Below, piece after piece: positions 56,056 to 64,000 of a DNA stretch of 64,000 nucleotides. The position numbers and the translations under genes were made by a program. Source of the stretch: Terriglobia bacterium (GTDB lineage: Bacteria > Acidobacteriota > Terriglobia > Terriglobales > Acidobacteriaceae). The notes beneath the pieces are model-generated. The model was not told the DNA's origin and made no database searches. It saw only the letters and a program-made list of their open reading frames with translations. Each line of letters begins with the position of its first letter. The stretch's first letter is position 1. Where the stretch lies: contig JBGQDM010000005.1 in assembly GCA_041495845.1 (NCBI GenBank), positions 472-64,471 of the forward strand, in the 5' to 3' direction.

Positions 56056-56240
56056 GCAGCTATCAGCTCTTAAGCTCTTAGCTTCTAGCTCTTGGGCTTC
56101 TAGCCAAAGCGACCGGTTGTGTGCTGCAGGCAAGGTGCAGAGGTCCTTCCCTTCGCTCAGGATGACAGTTTCAGGTAATGAGCTGAAAAGCCCAAAGCCG
56201 GCAACCGAAAGCCGAAAGCTGACGACTGAGAGCTGAGAGC
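56056..56240. repeat. Composite intergenic repeat: agct-rich low-complexity arms around a gtgcagaggtccttc..gctcaggatgacag core
   Basis: Arms at 56056-56110 and 56181-56240 are roughly inverted. The core is at 56135-56168. A similar agct-rich unit lies at 14496-14525. Confidence 0.55.
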
Positions 56241-56246
56241 TTTTTT

Positions 56247-56489
56247 ATGGCCCGTGGCTGGGAAAGCAAGTCGGTGGAGGAGCAGCAGTCGCAGGCTGCG
56301 GAGGCTCGGGGTCCGGGCAAAGTGCGGCTGACGGCGGCGGAACAGGTGCGGCAGCGCGAGAAGGACAGTCTGCTGCTCTCCCGTAAGCAGGTGGTTCAGC
56401 AGATGGAGAAGGCGCAAAACGCGAGCCACCGGCGGATGTTGGAGCAGGCGCTGGCGGACCTGGATGCGCGTTTGGCCGGTTTTTCCTGA
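56247..56489 (+). CDS. Small conserved-looking hypothetical protein (80 aa, coiled-coil-like)
   Basis: ORF MARGWESKSVEEQQ... with charged helical character. No assignable function. Confidence 0.45.
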   Translation: MARGWESKSVEEQQSQAAEARGPGKVRLTAAEQVRQREKDSLLLSRKQVVQQMEKAQNASHRRMLEQALADLDARLAGFS

Positions 56490-56533
56490 GTCGCGGCCGC
56501 GGTAGCGGCATCCCGTATAATGAGAGCGATCCC

Positions 56534-56779
56534 ATGAAAGCCTATGTATATGTCTCGCTGAAGAAAACGGTGCTGGATCCGCAGGGCAAGACCATCCACG
56601 GGGCGCTGGCCAAGATGGGATTCAAAGGGCCCTCCGCAGTGCGCCAGGGGAAATATTTTGAGATTGCGCTCAACGGCGGGCTGAGCAAGGACGAAGCGCG
56701 CGCGGAAGTGGACCGGATCGCGCGTGAAGTGCTGACCAATCCGGTGATTGAAGAGTACAAGGTTGCGCTGGAAGATTAG
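56534..56779 (+). CDS. purS: Phosphoribosylformylglycinamidine synthase subunit PurS
   Basis: 81 aa. V.LK..VLDPQG..I...L...GF..V..VR.GK.FE is the typical PurS pattern. Confidence 0.9.
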   Translation: MKAYVYVSLKKTVLDPQGKTIHGALAKMGFKGPSAVRQGKYFEIALNGGLSKDEARAEVDRIAREVLTNPVIEEYKVALED

Positions 56780-56900
56780 CGGTCCGAGTTGTCTCCCTCC
56801 AAACGGACGCCGCCCGGCAGAGGTCTCCAGGAACCCAATGTTCCGGGAACCGAAGTTGCGCTAGCATTCATCTCAGGCTCGAGTACAGAGGAGTTTCCGC

Positions 56901-58778
56901 ATGTGCGGCATTGTTGGCTATGTGGGCAAGAAGCAGGTCGTGCCGTTGATCATCGAGGGACTGCGGCGGCTGGAATATCGCGGCTATGATTCGGCGGGCA
57001 TTGCTGTGGCGGGCAACGGGACCAGCCTGGAGTTGCGCCGCGCGGAAGGCAAGCTGCGCAACCTGGAAGAGGTGTTGCGGCTGAAGCCGCTGGACGGGAC
57101 GTACGGCATTGGCCATACGCGCTGGGCCACCCACGGGCGGCCCACGGAAGAGAATGCGCATCCGCACCGGGATTGCACCGGACGGCTGGTGGTGGTGCAT
57201 AACGGCATCATCGAAAACTATCTGCTGCTGAAAAAGAAGCTGGTGAGCGAAGGCCACCGGTTTGTCACCGAGACGGACACCGAAGTGATTGCCCACCTGG
57301 TGGAGAAACACTTGCGCGCAGTGGAGAGCAACGGCGCCGCGGTTTCTTTGGAAGAAGCGGTGCGCCGGACCTGCCGCGAGCTGACCGGCGTATTTGCTTT
57401 GGGCGTGCTCTCCGCGGATGCGCCGGACAAACTCGTGGCCGCGCGACTGGGGCCGCCCGCCGTCATCGGTCTGGGGAAGGACGAATACTTTGTGGCGTCT
57501 GACGTGCCCGCCATCCTGCATCACACCCGCGACATGTTTTTTTTGAGTGATGGTGATGTGGCGACGATCACGCTGCAGGGCGTGCAGCTGACCGACTTCA
57601 ACGGTAAACCGGTGACCCGGCAAGTGCAGCACGTGACCTGGGACCCGATCATGGCGGAAAAGGGCGGGTTCAAGCATTTCATGCTCAAGGAAATTTACGA
57701 GCAGCCGCGCGCCGTGCGCGATACGACACTGGGGCGCGTGTCGCTCGATTCCGGCAAGGTGTTTCTGGACGAGATGGAAATTACCGAAGCGGAATTCCGG
57801 GCGCTGAAGAAGGTCAACATCGCGGCTTGCGGAACGAGTTGGCATGCCGGGCTGGCCGGCAAGTTCATGATCGAGCGGCTGGCGCGGTTGCAGGTGGAAG
57901 TGGATTATGCCAGCGAGTGGCGGTACCGCGATCCGATTATCCCGGCGGATACGCTGACCGTACTGATTTCGCAGTCGGGCGAAACGGCCGACACCATCGC
58001 GGCCCAGCGAGAGGCCAAAGCGAAAGGCTCCAAGACGCTGGCCATCTGCAACGTGGTGGGCTCGATGATCACGCGCGAGGCCGCAGGCACGGTCTATACA
58101 CACGCGGGGCCGGAGATTGGCGTGGCTTCGACCAAGGCGTTTACCGCGCAGCTGACTGCGCTCTATTTGCTGGCGCTGTATCTTGCGGAAACGCGGGGAA
58201 CACTTTCGGCAGAGAAGGCGCGGGAACTGATTGGCGAACTGACGCGCATTCCGGGCAAGCTTGAGCAATTGCTGACGCGCGATCAGGATTGCGAAGACCT
58301 GGCCAAGGAGTACGTGCGGGCGCAGGACTTTTTGTTTCTCGGGCGGGGCGTGCATTATCCCATTGCGCTGGAAGGGGCGCTCAAGCTGAAAGAAATTTCC
58401 TACATTCACGCGGAAGGCTATCCCGCGGGCGAAATGAAGCACGGGCCCAATGCACTGATCGATGAAAATCTGCCAGTGGTGATTGTGGCCACCTGCGACC
58501 GCGGCGATGCCAATTCGGTGACGCGCTACGAAAAGACGATGTCGAACCTGAAGGAAGTGAAAGCGCGTTCGGGCATCGTGATTGCGATTGCCACCGACGG
58601 CGACGAGGAAATCCGGGAGAGTGCGGACCACGTGCTCTACGTGCCGGCGGCGCCGGACGATCTCTCGGCGATTCTGGAGATTGTGCCGCTGCAGTTGCTG
58701 GCGTATCACATTGCGGTGCGGCGTGGCTGCGACGTGGACCAGCCGAGAAATCTGGCGAAGTCGGTCACCGTGGAATAG
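56901..58778 (+). CDS. glmS: Glutamine--fructose-6-phosphate aminotransferase
   Basis: [10 protein letters not shown]-terminal nucleophile, two SIS domains, and the C-terminal [13 protein letters not shown]. Confidence 0.97.
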   Translation: MCGIVGYVGKKQVVPLIIEGLRRLEYRGYDSAGIAVAGNGTSLELRRAEGKLRNLEEVLRLKPLDGTYGIGHTRWATHGRPTEENAHPHRDCTGRLVVVHNGIIENYLLLKKKLVSEGHRFVTETDTEVIAHLVEKHLRAVESNGAAVSLEEAVRRTCRELTGVFALGVLSADAPDKLVAARLGPPAVIGLGKDEYFVASDVPAILHHTRDMFFLSDGDVATITLQGVQLTDFNGKPVTRQVQHVTWDPIMAEKGGFKHFMLKEIYEQPRAVRDTTLGRVSLDSGKVFLDEMEITEAEFRALKKVNIAACGTSWHAGLAGKFMIERLARLQVEVDYASEWRYRDPIIPADTLTVLISQSGETADTIAAQREAKAKGSKTLAICNVVGSMITREAAGTVYTHAGPEIGVASTKAFTAQLTALYLLALYLAETRGTLSAEKARELIGELTRIPGKLEQLLTRDQDCEDLAKEYVRAQDFLFLGRGVHYPIALEGALKLKEISYIHAEGYPAGEMKHGPNALIDENLPVVIVATCDRGDANSVTRYEKTMSNLKEVKARSGIVIAIATDGDEEIRESADHVLYVPAAPDDLSAILEIVPLQLLAYHIAVRRGCDVDQPRNLAKSVTVE

Positions 58779-58834
58779 GGAACGGCGTCGTGGCGGCGTG
58801 AGCCCTGGTGGCTGCTTGTCTCATCCAATCTTTA

Positions 58835-59548
58835 ATGGCGCTCAAAACCTTTTCGATCCGGCTGAGGAGTTCGGCACCCCTTTCGGAAGTTACTCGACAC
58901 TTTGAGTTCGAAGTCCCGGGCACGGACCGCTTTGGTTTTGTCCCCGGGCAATGGCTGTCGCTGCAGGCGCAGAACCATGAGGACATGATCACGCGGGCAT
59001 ACTCGCTGGCTTCGGGGCCGGCGGGCAACCGGTTTGCGTTGTGCCTGAATCGCGTGCAGGAAGGGTTCATGTCGAACTATCTGAGCGATCTGGCGGAGGG
59101 TGCGGAAGTCACGGCGGGCGGGCCGTTTGGCAACTTCATTCTGCCAGCGGCGATTCGCGACACAATTTTCATTGCCACGGGCACTGGTATTGCACCGTTC
59201 CGTTCCATGCTGCAGTGGCTGTTTGCGGACGCGGCGCGCCACGCGGGACGGCAGTTCTGGCTGGTCTTTGGGAATCGCACGGAAAAAGATATTTATTACC
59301 ACGCCGAGTTTAAGCAGCTGGCAGCGGGCCATCCAAACTTTACCTACATGCCAACACTGAGCCGCGCCGACGAGCATTGGAAGGGCCTGCGCGGCTACGT
59401 GCAGGAACATGTGCGAGCACTGGCCGAGGGACATGCAGACCGGGGCGCGTACATCTGCGGCCTGGAAAAAATGGTGAGCGCGAACCGCGCGCTGTTGCAG
59501 GGTCTGGGCTGGGACAAGAAGGCCATCCGGCACGAAAAATTCGATTGA
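58835..59548 (+). CDS. Ferredoxin-NADP reductase-type FAD/NAD(P)-binding oxidoreductase
   Basis: RAYSLAS (RxYS FAD motif) and FIATGTGIAPFRSML (NAD(P) motif). The start is ambiguous (58808 or 58835). Confidence 0.8.
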   Translation: MALKTFSIRLRSSAPLSEVTRHFEFEVPGTDRFGFVPGQWLSLQAQNHEDMITRAYSLASGPAGNRFALCLNRVQEGFMSNYLSDLAEGAEVTAGGPFGNFILPAAIRDTIFIATGTGIAPFRSMLQWLFADAARHAGRQFWLVFGNRTEKDIYYHAEFKQLAAGHPNFTYMPTLSRADEHWKGLRGYVQEHVRALAEGHADRGAYICGLEKMVSANRALLQGLGWDKKAIRHEKFD

Positions 59549-59684
59549 AGCGGTGTTCGGCGCACGTGTGACCGATCCGCGATTGTCCGCATTATCCATC
59601 CGCATCATCCACGAATCTGCAAGCAGAGTGTAGAATCGCTGCGCTGCGGAGGCTGGCATTTCCGTCACCTTCGCGGTCGCTTTC

Positions 59685-61013
59685 ATGGTCCAACTCGCAC
59701 AAAAACTTCGACTGACCGACTACTTCGCCCTGGGGTGGGGAACCATGGTTGGCGTGGGCTGGCTCGTGCTGATGGACGACTGGCTGACGCGCGGTGGCCC
59801 GCTGGGTGGGATGCTGGGTTTTGCGCTGGGGATTCCGCTGCTGCTGCCAATTGCTTATGTCTACGGCAAGCTGGTGGCGCGAATGCCGGATGCAGCGGGC
59901 GAAGTGGCATACACTGCGGCAGTGTTTCCGCGCTGGTTCAGCTTTGCCACGGGCTGGATGATGGTGCTGGCGTATTTCATCGTGTGTCCGTGGGAAGCGG
60001 TGGCCATCGGGCGGATCGCAGCGTACATCTTTCCGGCGCTCGACCAGATGGAGTTGTATCGCGTCGGCGGCAAGCCGATCTTTCTGCCGCATTTGGTGAT
60101 CGGGCTGGCGCTGACGGTGCTGCTGACGGTGATGAATTACCGCGGCGTCCGGCTGAGCGCGAGCTTCCAGAACTGGGCAAGCTTTGCCGTGCTGGCGTTG
60201 TCGGCGGTGTTTGCGGGCGGAGGAATTCTGCGCGGCTCGGTGCAGAATGCTCTGCCGCTGTTCAGTCACAGTGGGTTTATCTCGGTTTTGCTGGTGTTAC
60301 AGGTTGTGCCGTACTTCATGACGGGATTTGAATCGGTGGCCAAGTGTTCTGAGGAAGCGACGCTGGAGTTTCGCGGCAGGAACTTTTTCACTGCGATGGC
60401 GCTGGCCGTGGTGGTGGCGGCGGTGTTCTATGTAGTGGTGATCGGGGCGGTGGCGGTGGCCGCGCCGTGGAAGGAAATCGTGGGCGAACGCTTCATGACG
60501 GCGGTGGCGCTGGAGCGGGCGCTGGGTGCGGGCTGGATCGTGCGCGTGATCCTGGCGGCGGCGTTGCTCTCGTTGTGTAAATGCTTCAACGGAAATTTTG
60601 TTGCTTCCAGTCGGCTGGTGTTTGCGCTCGGCCGACGCGGACTGGTGGATTCGCGACTGGCCTGGGTGCATCCAGAGAATCGGACGCCTGCGACCGCTGT
60701 GGTGTGGGTAGGCATCGCTACGGCGGTGGCCATGCTGCTGGGGCAGGCGATTCTGGTTCCGATCTCGGAAGTGGGGTCGGCGGCAGCAGCGCTGGGCTGG
60801 ACAGCGGCATGCGCGGCGTATTTTTGCATGAAGCCCGGCAGTAGGCAGCGCGCGATTGCGGTAGTGGGAATGACGGTCGGGCTGTTGATGATTGCCATGA
60901 AGGTTGCACCGCTGGTGCCTGGACACTTCGATCAATGGGAGTGGATTGCCTTGGGCTTGTGGTGCGGGCTGGGTTGGTTGTTACACGTAACGGGGAAGCG
61001 GGAAACGGCTTGA
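59685..61013 (+). CDS. APC-superfamily amino acid/polyamine permease
   Basis: About 12 predicted TM helices. The N-terminal G.G.MVG.GW pattern is typical of APC transporters. Confidence 0.75.
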   Translation: MVQLAQKLRLTDYFALGWGTMVGVGWLVLMDDWLTRGGPLGGMLGFALGIPLLLPIAYVYGKLVARMPDAAGEVAYTAAVFPRWFSFATGWMMVLAYFIVCPWEAVAIGRIAAYIFPALDQMELYRVGGKPIFLPHLVIGLALTVLLTVMNYRGVRLSASFQNWASFAVLALSAVFAGGGILRGSVQNALPLFSHSGFISVLLVLQVVPYFMTGFESVAKCSEEATLEFRGRNFFTAMALAVVVAAVFYVVVIGAVAVAAPWKEIVGERFMTAVALERALGAGWIVRVILAAALLSLCKCFNGNFVASSRLVFALGRRGLVDSRLAWVHPENRTPATAVVWVGIATAVAMLLGQAILVPISEVGSAAAALGWTAACAAYFCMKPGSRQRAIAVVGMTVGLLMIAMKVAPLVPGHFDQWEWIALGLWCGLGWLLHVTGKRETA

Positions 61014-61030
61014 TGAGGAAAGGGAGAAAC

Positions 61031-62728
61031 ATGCTGGCAGAAAAGATGGTGCGGCTGAGGTTGATGATTCTGGTGTGCGCGCTGCTGATCACGGCGGCGG
61101 GCTTTGCGCAGCGGGCCTACGATACGGTGATCACGAACGGTCACATCGTGGATGGCACCGGCTCGCCGTGGTATAGCGGCGATGTGGGCATCCGCGAGGG
61201 GCGAGTGGCAGCGATTGGGAACCTGTCCGCAGCGGCGCAGAAGAAAACCATCGACGCCCACGGCATGGTAGTGGCGCCGGGGTTCATTGACATGCTGGGC
61301 CAGTCGGAAACAACCATTTTGGTGGAGCCGCGGCTGCCGTCGAAAATCTATCAGGGCATTACGACTGAGATCACCGGTGAAGGCGGTTCGATTGCGCCGG
61401 TGAACGACGCCATCATTGCGGCGGATCGCAGCGAAAATGACCGCCTCAAGATCACCGTAGACTGGCGGACTCTGGCGCAGTATTTTGCGCGCCTGGAAAA
61501 GCAGGGCATGGGTATCAACCTGGCCACCTTTGTTGGTGCGACCCAGGTGCGCCGGGTGGTGCTGGGCGATGCCGATGTGCAGCCGACGGCCGCACAACTG
61601 GAGCAGATGAAAGAGCTGGTGCGGCAGGCGATGCGCGAGGGAGCGGTGGGAGTTTCGACATCGCTGGAGTATCCACCGGCACCATATGCCAAGACGGAAG
61701 AGTTGATTGCACTGGCGGCGGAGGCGGGGAAATTTGGCGGCATCTATGCCTCCCACATGCGCAGCGAGAGCGATCACGTGATGGAGGCGATTGACGAAGC
61801 GGTGCGCATCGGGCGCGAAGGCAAGTTGCCGGTGGAGATCTGGCACTTAAAAGTCGCGGGCAAGGAAAATTGGGGTCGCATGGGCGAAGTGGTGGCGCGC
61901 ATTGAAGCGGCGCGTCACGAGGGTGTGGACGTTGCGGCGGACACGTACGCGTATCTGGCCTGGTTCAATGGCACCTCCGCGTTCATTCCGCCGTGGGCGC
62001 ATGATGGCGGGCGCGCCAAGCTGGTGGAACGACTGAAAGATCCGGCGATGCGGGCGCGCATCCGGCAGGACATCTTGCATCCGCCGAAAGACTGGGGCGA
62101 CGATCCGTGGCTGGAAATTTCCGGACCGGAAGCGGTGCTGATCGGCGTGGTCAGCAATCCGAAACTGCTGCCGCTGCAGGGTAAGACGCTGGCGGAGATT
62201 GCCAAGCTCTGGAACAAAGATCCCATGGACGCGTTGTTCGATCTACTGATCGAGGACGAAGGGTTGACGGAGAACGCAGTGTTTGGGATGTCGGAACCAG
62301 ACGTGACGCTGGCGTTGCAGCAGCCGTGGGTCTCCATCAACAACGATTCTTCGGGGACGTCGCCGGAAGGTATTTTGGGGCGCGACCATCCGCATCCGCG
62401 GGCCTACGGAACGTTTCCGCGAATCTTGCGGAAGTATGTTCGCGAAGAGAAGAAGCTGACGCTGGAAGATGCGGTGCGGAAGTTTTCCGCATTGGCAGCG
62501 CAGCGGGTACGGTTGACCGATCGCGGAGTGCTAAAAGCGGGAATGTGGGCAGACGTGGTGGTGTTTGATCCGGCGACGGTGCGCGATCTGGCTACGTTCG
62601 ACAATCCCAACCAGCTTTCGCAAGGCATGGAATATGTGCTGGTGAATGGCGTACCGGTGATTGAGGGTGGGAAGATGACAGGCGCGCTGCCGGGGAAAGT
62701 GTTGCGCGGGCCGGGGTTCCAGCCGTAG
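61031..62728 (+). CDS. Secreted D-aminoacylase / N-acyl-D-amino-acid deacylase family amidohydrolase
   Basis: Signal peptide, and the DGTGSPWY.GDVGI..GR, PGFIDMLGQSE, HMRSE and DTYAY patterns. The start at 61031 has a GGGAG RBS. Confidence 0.85.
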   Translation: MLAEKMVRLRLMILVCALLITAAGFAQRAYDTVITNGHIVDGTGSPWYSGDVGIREGRVAAIGNLSAAAQKKTIDAHGMVVAPGFIDMLGQSETTILVEPRLPSKIYQGITTEITGEGGSIAPVNDAIIAADRSENDRLKITVDWRTLAQYFARLEKQGMGINLATFVGATQVRRVVLGDADVQPTAAQLEQMKELVRQAMREGAVGVSTSLEYPPAPYAKTEELIALAAEAGKFGGIYASHMRSESDHVMEAIDEAVRIGREGKLPVEIWHLKVAGKENWGRMGEVVARIEAARHEGVDVAADTYAYLAWFNGTSAFIPPWAHDGGRAKLVERLKDPAMRARIRQDILHPPKDWGDDPWLEISGPEAVLIGVVSNPKLLPLQGKTLAEIAKLWNKDPMDALFDLLIEDEGLTENAVFGMSEPDVTLALQQPWVSINNDSSGTSPEGILGRDHPHPRAYGTFPRILRKYVREEKKLTLEDAVRKFSALAAQRVRLTDRGVLKAGMWADVVVFDPATVRDLATFDNPNQLSQGMEYVLVNGVPVIEGGKMTGALPGKVLRGPGFQP

Positions 62729-62769
62729 TCGTTGTGGGCGAAGCGAGCGAACCTGCGCTGCAGACAAAA

Positions 62770-62803
62770 GTGCAGAGGTCCCTCGCTGCGCTCAGGATGA
62801 CAC
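62770..62803. repeat. gtgcagaggtcc..gctcaggatgaca dispersed repeat copy
   Basis: gtgcagaggtccctcgctgcgctcaggatgacac matches the copies at 27643, 27786 and 56135. Confidence 0.6.
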
Positions 62804-62854
62804 AGCGGAATTCACGATGACGGAGCGACTGACAGGAACTTGCGCGGCAGCACC

Positions 62855-64000
62855 CTAACGTTGCAGCTTGGCTTGGGCTGGGGCGGCGGGTTCGATGAGT
62901 GGCGCGGTCAGAGGACCGCTGACGGTGAAGGCGGGTGCGCCGCCACGGTCGAGCTTCAAATCAAGTTTGCGCGCGAAGGATGCGGTGCCGGTGACGGTGT
63001 AGGTGGCGACAGGACATTCCAGGCGGGAGCGGGAAAGCTCAAAGCGCGCGCCCGAAACGAGCAGCGTGCCGCGAAAGCGCCGGAAACGCAGCGGCGTATC
63101 TGGTTTCAGGCGCCAGCCCGCCATGCTGCCATCCTGCCAATCGAAGGTCAGATTGCCGCGAGCGGACTTTTGCAGCTCCACTGCGGAAAAACCGGACAGC
63201 TCTAGTTTGTATTCCAGGCCGGCAGTGCCGGTGGCCCAGGGCTCGCGCATCCAGTCGCCGAGTTGGACTAGGTGTGTGCGTTCGACCGAACCAGAGCCGG
63301 AGTAGAGCGGCGGATTCTGGGTGAAGTCCGCCGACCATTGACCGCGATGATGGCCGCCGAGCAACTCCGCACGAAGGTCGTGCAGCGCGAGCTTGCCGTG
63401 TTCGAGTTCGAAGTGGGCGCTGACATTGGTTGCCGGGAAATTTCGCAAGCTGAAACGGCTGGCGTGTATGGTCCCCTGCGCGTCGAGCTGCAGGAGGGCG
63501 GGTGCGGCAGCGGCGCTGCGATTGAGCAACTGGTACCACGCACGCCGAGGCAGTCTCGGATTCAGAAGGTGACTCAGAACATCGGTGGAGATCTCATCAA
63601 AATGAAGGTCAGCCTCTACCCGGCACGGGGCGGGGCAAGTGCGGGGGCGGCGAAGATTGCCAGTAAAGCGCAGATCGCCGAGGGTGGCAGCAACGTTTTC
63701 CAGGGCGATGGTTTGCGGCGTCAAGAGGGCGCGGGCGCTGCTGGCTTCGAGGGGCGCGTTCACGCCGGGAAACTCGGCGCGCAAGGAGTGAAGTTGAATC
63801 CAGCCATCGGCGCGAGGGGGCGTGAATCCTGACCAGAGGCCGGCGGCGCGCAGGTCGAACTCAGCATCTCCTTTCACCGCAGCTTGCGTCGTCGCAAATC
63901 CAGCAGCGCGGCCCAGGCGCAACAATTGCTCGAGCGGTGCGGCTCCGGTGAGTTGCAGACCGTAGCCTGCGCGGGAAAGCCAGACGTGGACCTGGGTCTT
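62855..64000 (-). CDS. Large AsmA-family-like envelope protein, C-terminal part (5' end beyond window)
   Basis: The frame stays open to the window edge. The repetitive beta-rich sequence resembles AsmA/DUF3971-type C-termini, so the family assignment is tentative. Confidence 0.4.
   Translation of the reverse strand, partial: KTQVHVWLSRAGYGLQLTGAAPLEQLLRLGRAAGFATTQAAVKGDAEFDLRAAGLWSGFTPPRADGWIQLHSLRAEFPGVNAPLEASSARALLTPQTIALENVAATLGDLRFTGNLRRPRTCPAPCRVEADLHFDEISTDVLSHLLNPRLPRRAWYQLLNRSAAAAPALLQLDAQGTIHASRFSLRNFPATNVSAHFELEHGKLALHDLRAELLGGHHRGQWSADFTQNPPLYSGSGSVERTHLVQLGDWMREPWATGTAGLEYKLELSGFSAVELQKSARGNLTFDWQDGSMAGWRLKPDTPLRFRRFRGTLLVSGARFELSRSRLECPVATYTVTGTASFARKLDLKLDRGGAPAFTVSGPLTAPLIEPAAPAQAKLQR

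Noticed and set aside
56780-56900. glmS ribozyme upstream of glmS
   Set aside because: The 120-nt leader is too short and lacks the conserved core sequences of the glmS ribozyme.

Overview
High-GC (roughly 60-65% by eye) bacterial chromosome segment. Gene content and intergenic repeat families look Acidobacteriota-like, but this is inference only. Most of the window is housekeeping: trmD-rplS, dnaK-dnaJ, trpS, scpA-scpB-rluB, hisC, mutM, purA, ndk, sucCD, trpD, rlmB, purS, glmS. Interspersed are two toxin-antitoxin-like pairs (BrnT/BrnA and Fic/RHH), tandem phosphoesterase paralogs, a large secreted S8 peptidase and a glycosylation operon (GT-C, methyltransferase, GT2, methyltransferase). The main result is a 12.6-kb insertion at 42618-55223. 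It is bounded by 143-bp terminal inverted repeats and a perfect 14-bp target-site duplication. It encodes a stand-alone Cas1 integrase with no Cas2 and no CRISPR array, a family-B DNA polymerase, an HNH-like protein and HTH proteins, which is the casposon architecture. Its cargo is a 1036-aa SIR2-NTPase-TPR (Avs5-like) putative anti-phage protein and two secreted proteins. It sits on the -35 element of an orphan LytTR response-regulator promoter. A degenerate TIR-like sequence and a lower-GC segment to its left suggest an older decayed copy. Other points of note are a diverged 326-bp tandem duplication of the 5' end and promoter of the GT-C gene, a frameshifted CGNR zinc-finger gene, an M1-like peptidase with HQxxH in place of HExxH, a HAIR-like inverted repeat on the dnaK promoter, and several dispersed intergenic repeat families. 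No rRNA, tRNA or CRISPR array was recognised. All calls come from reading the sequence and ORF translations; no database search was run.
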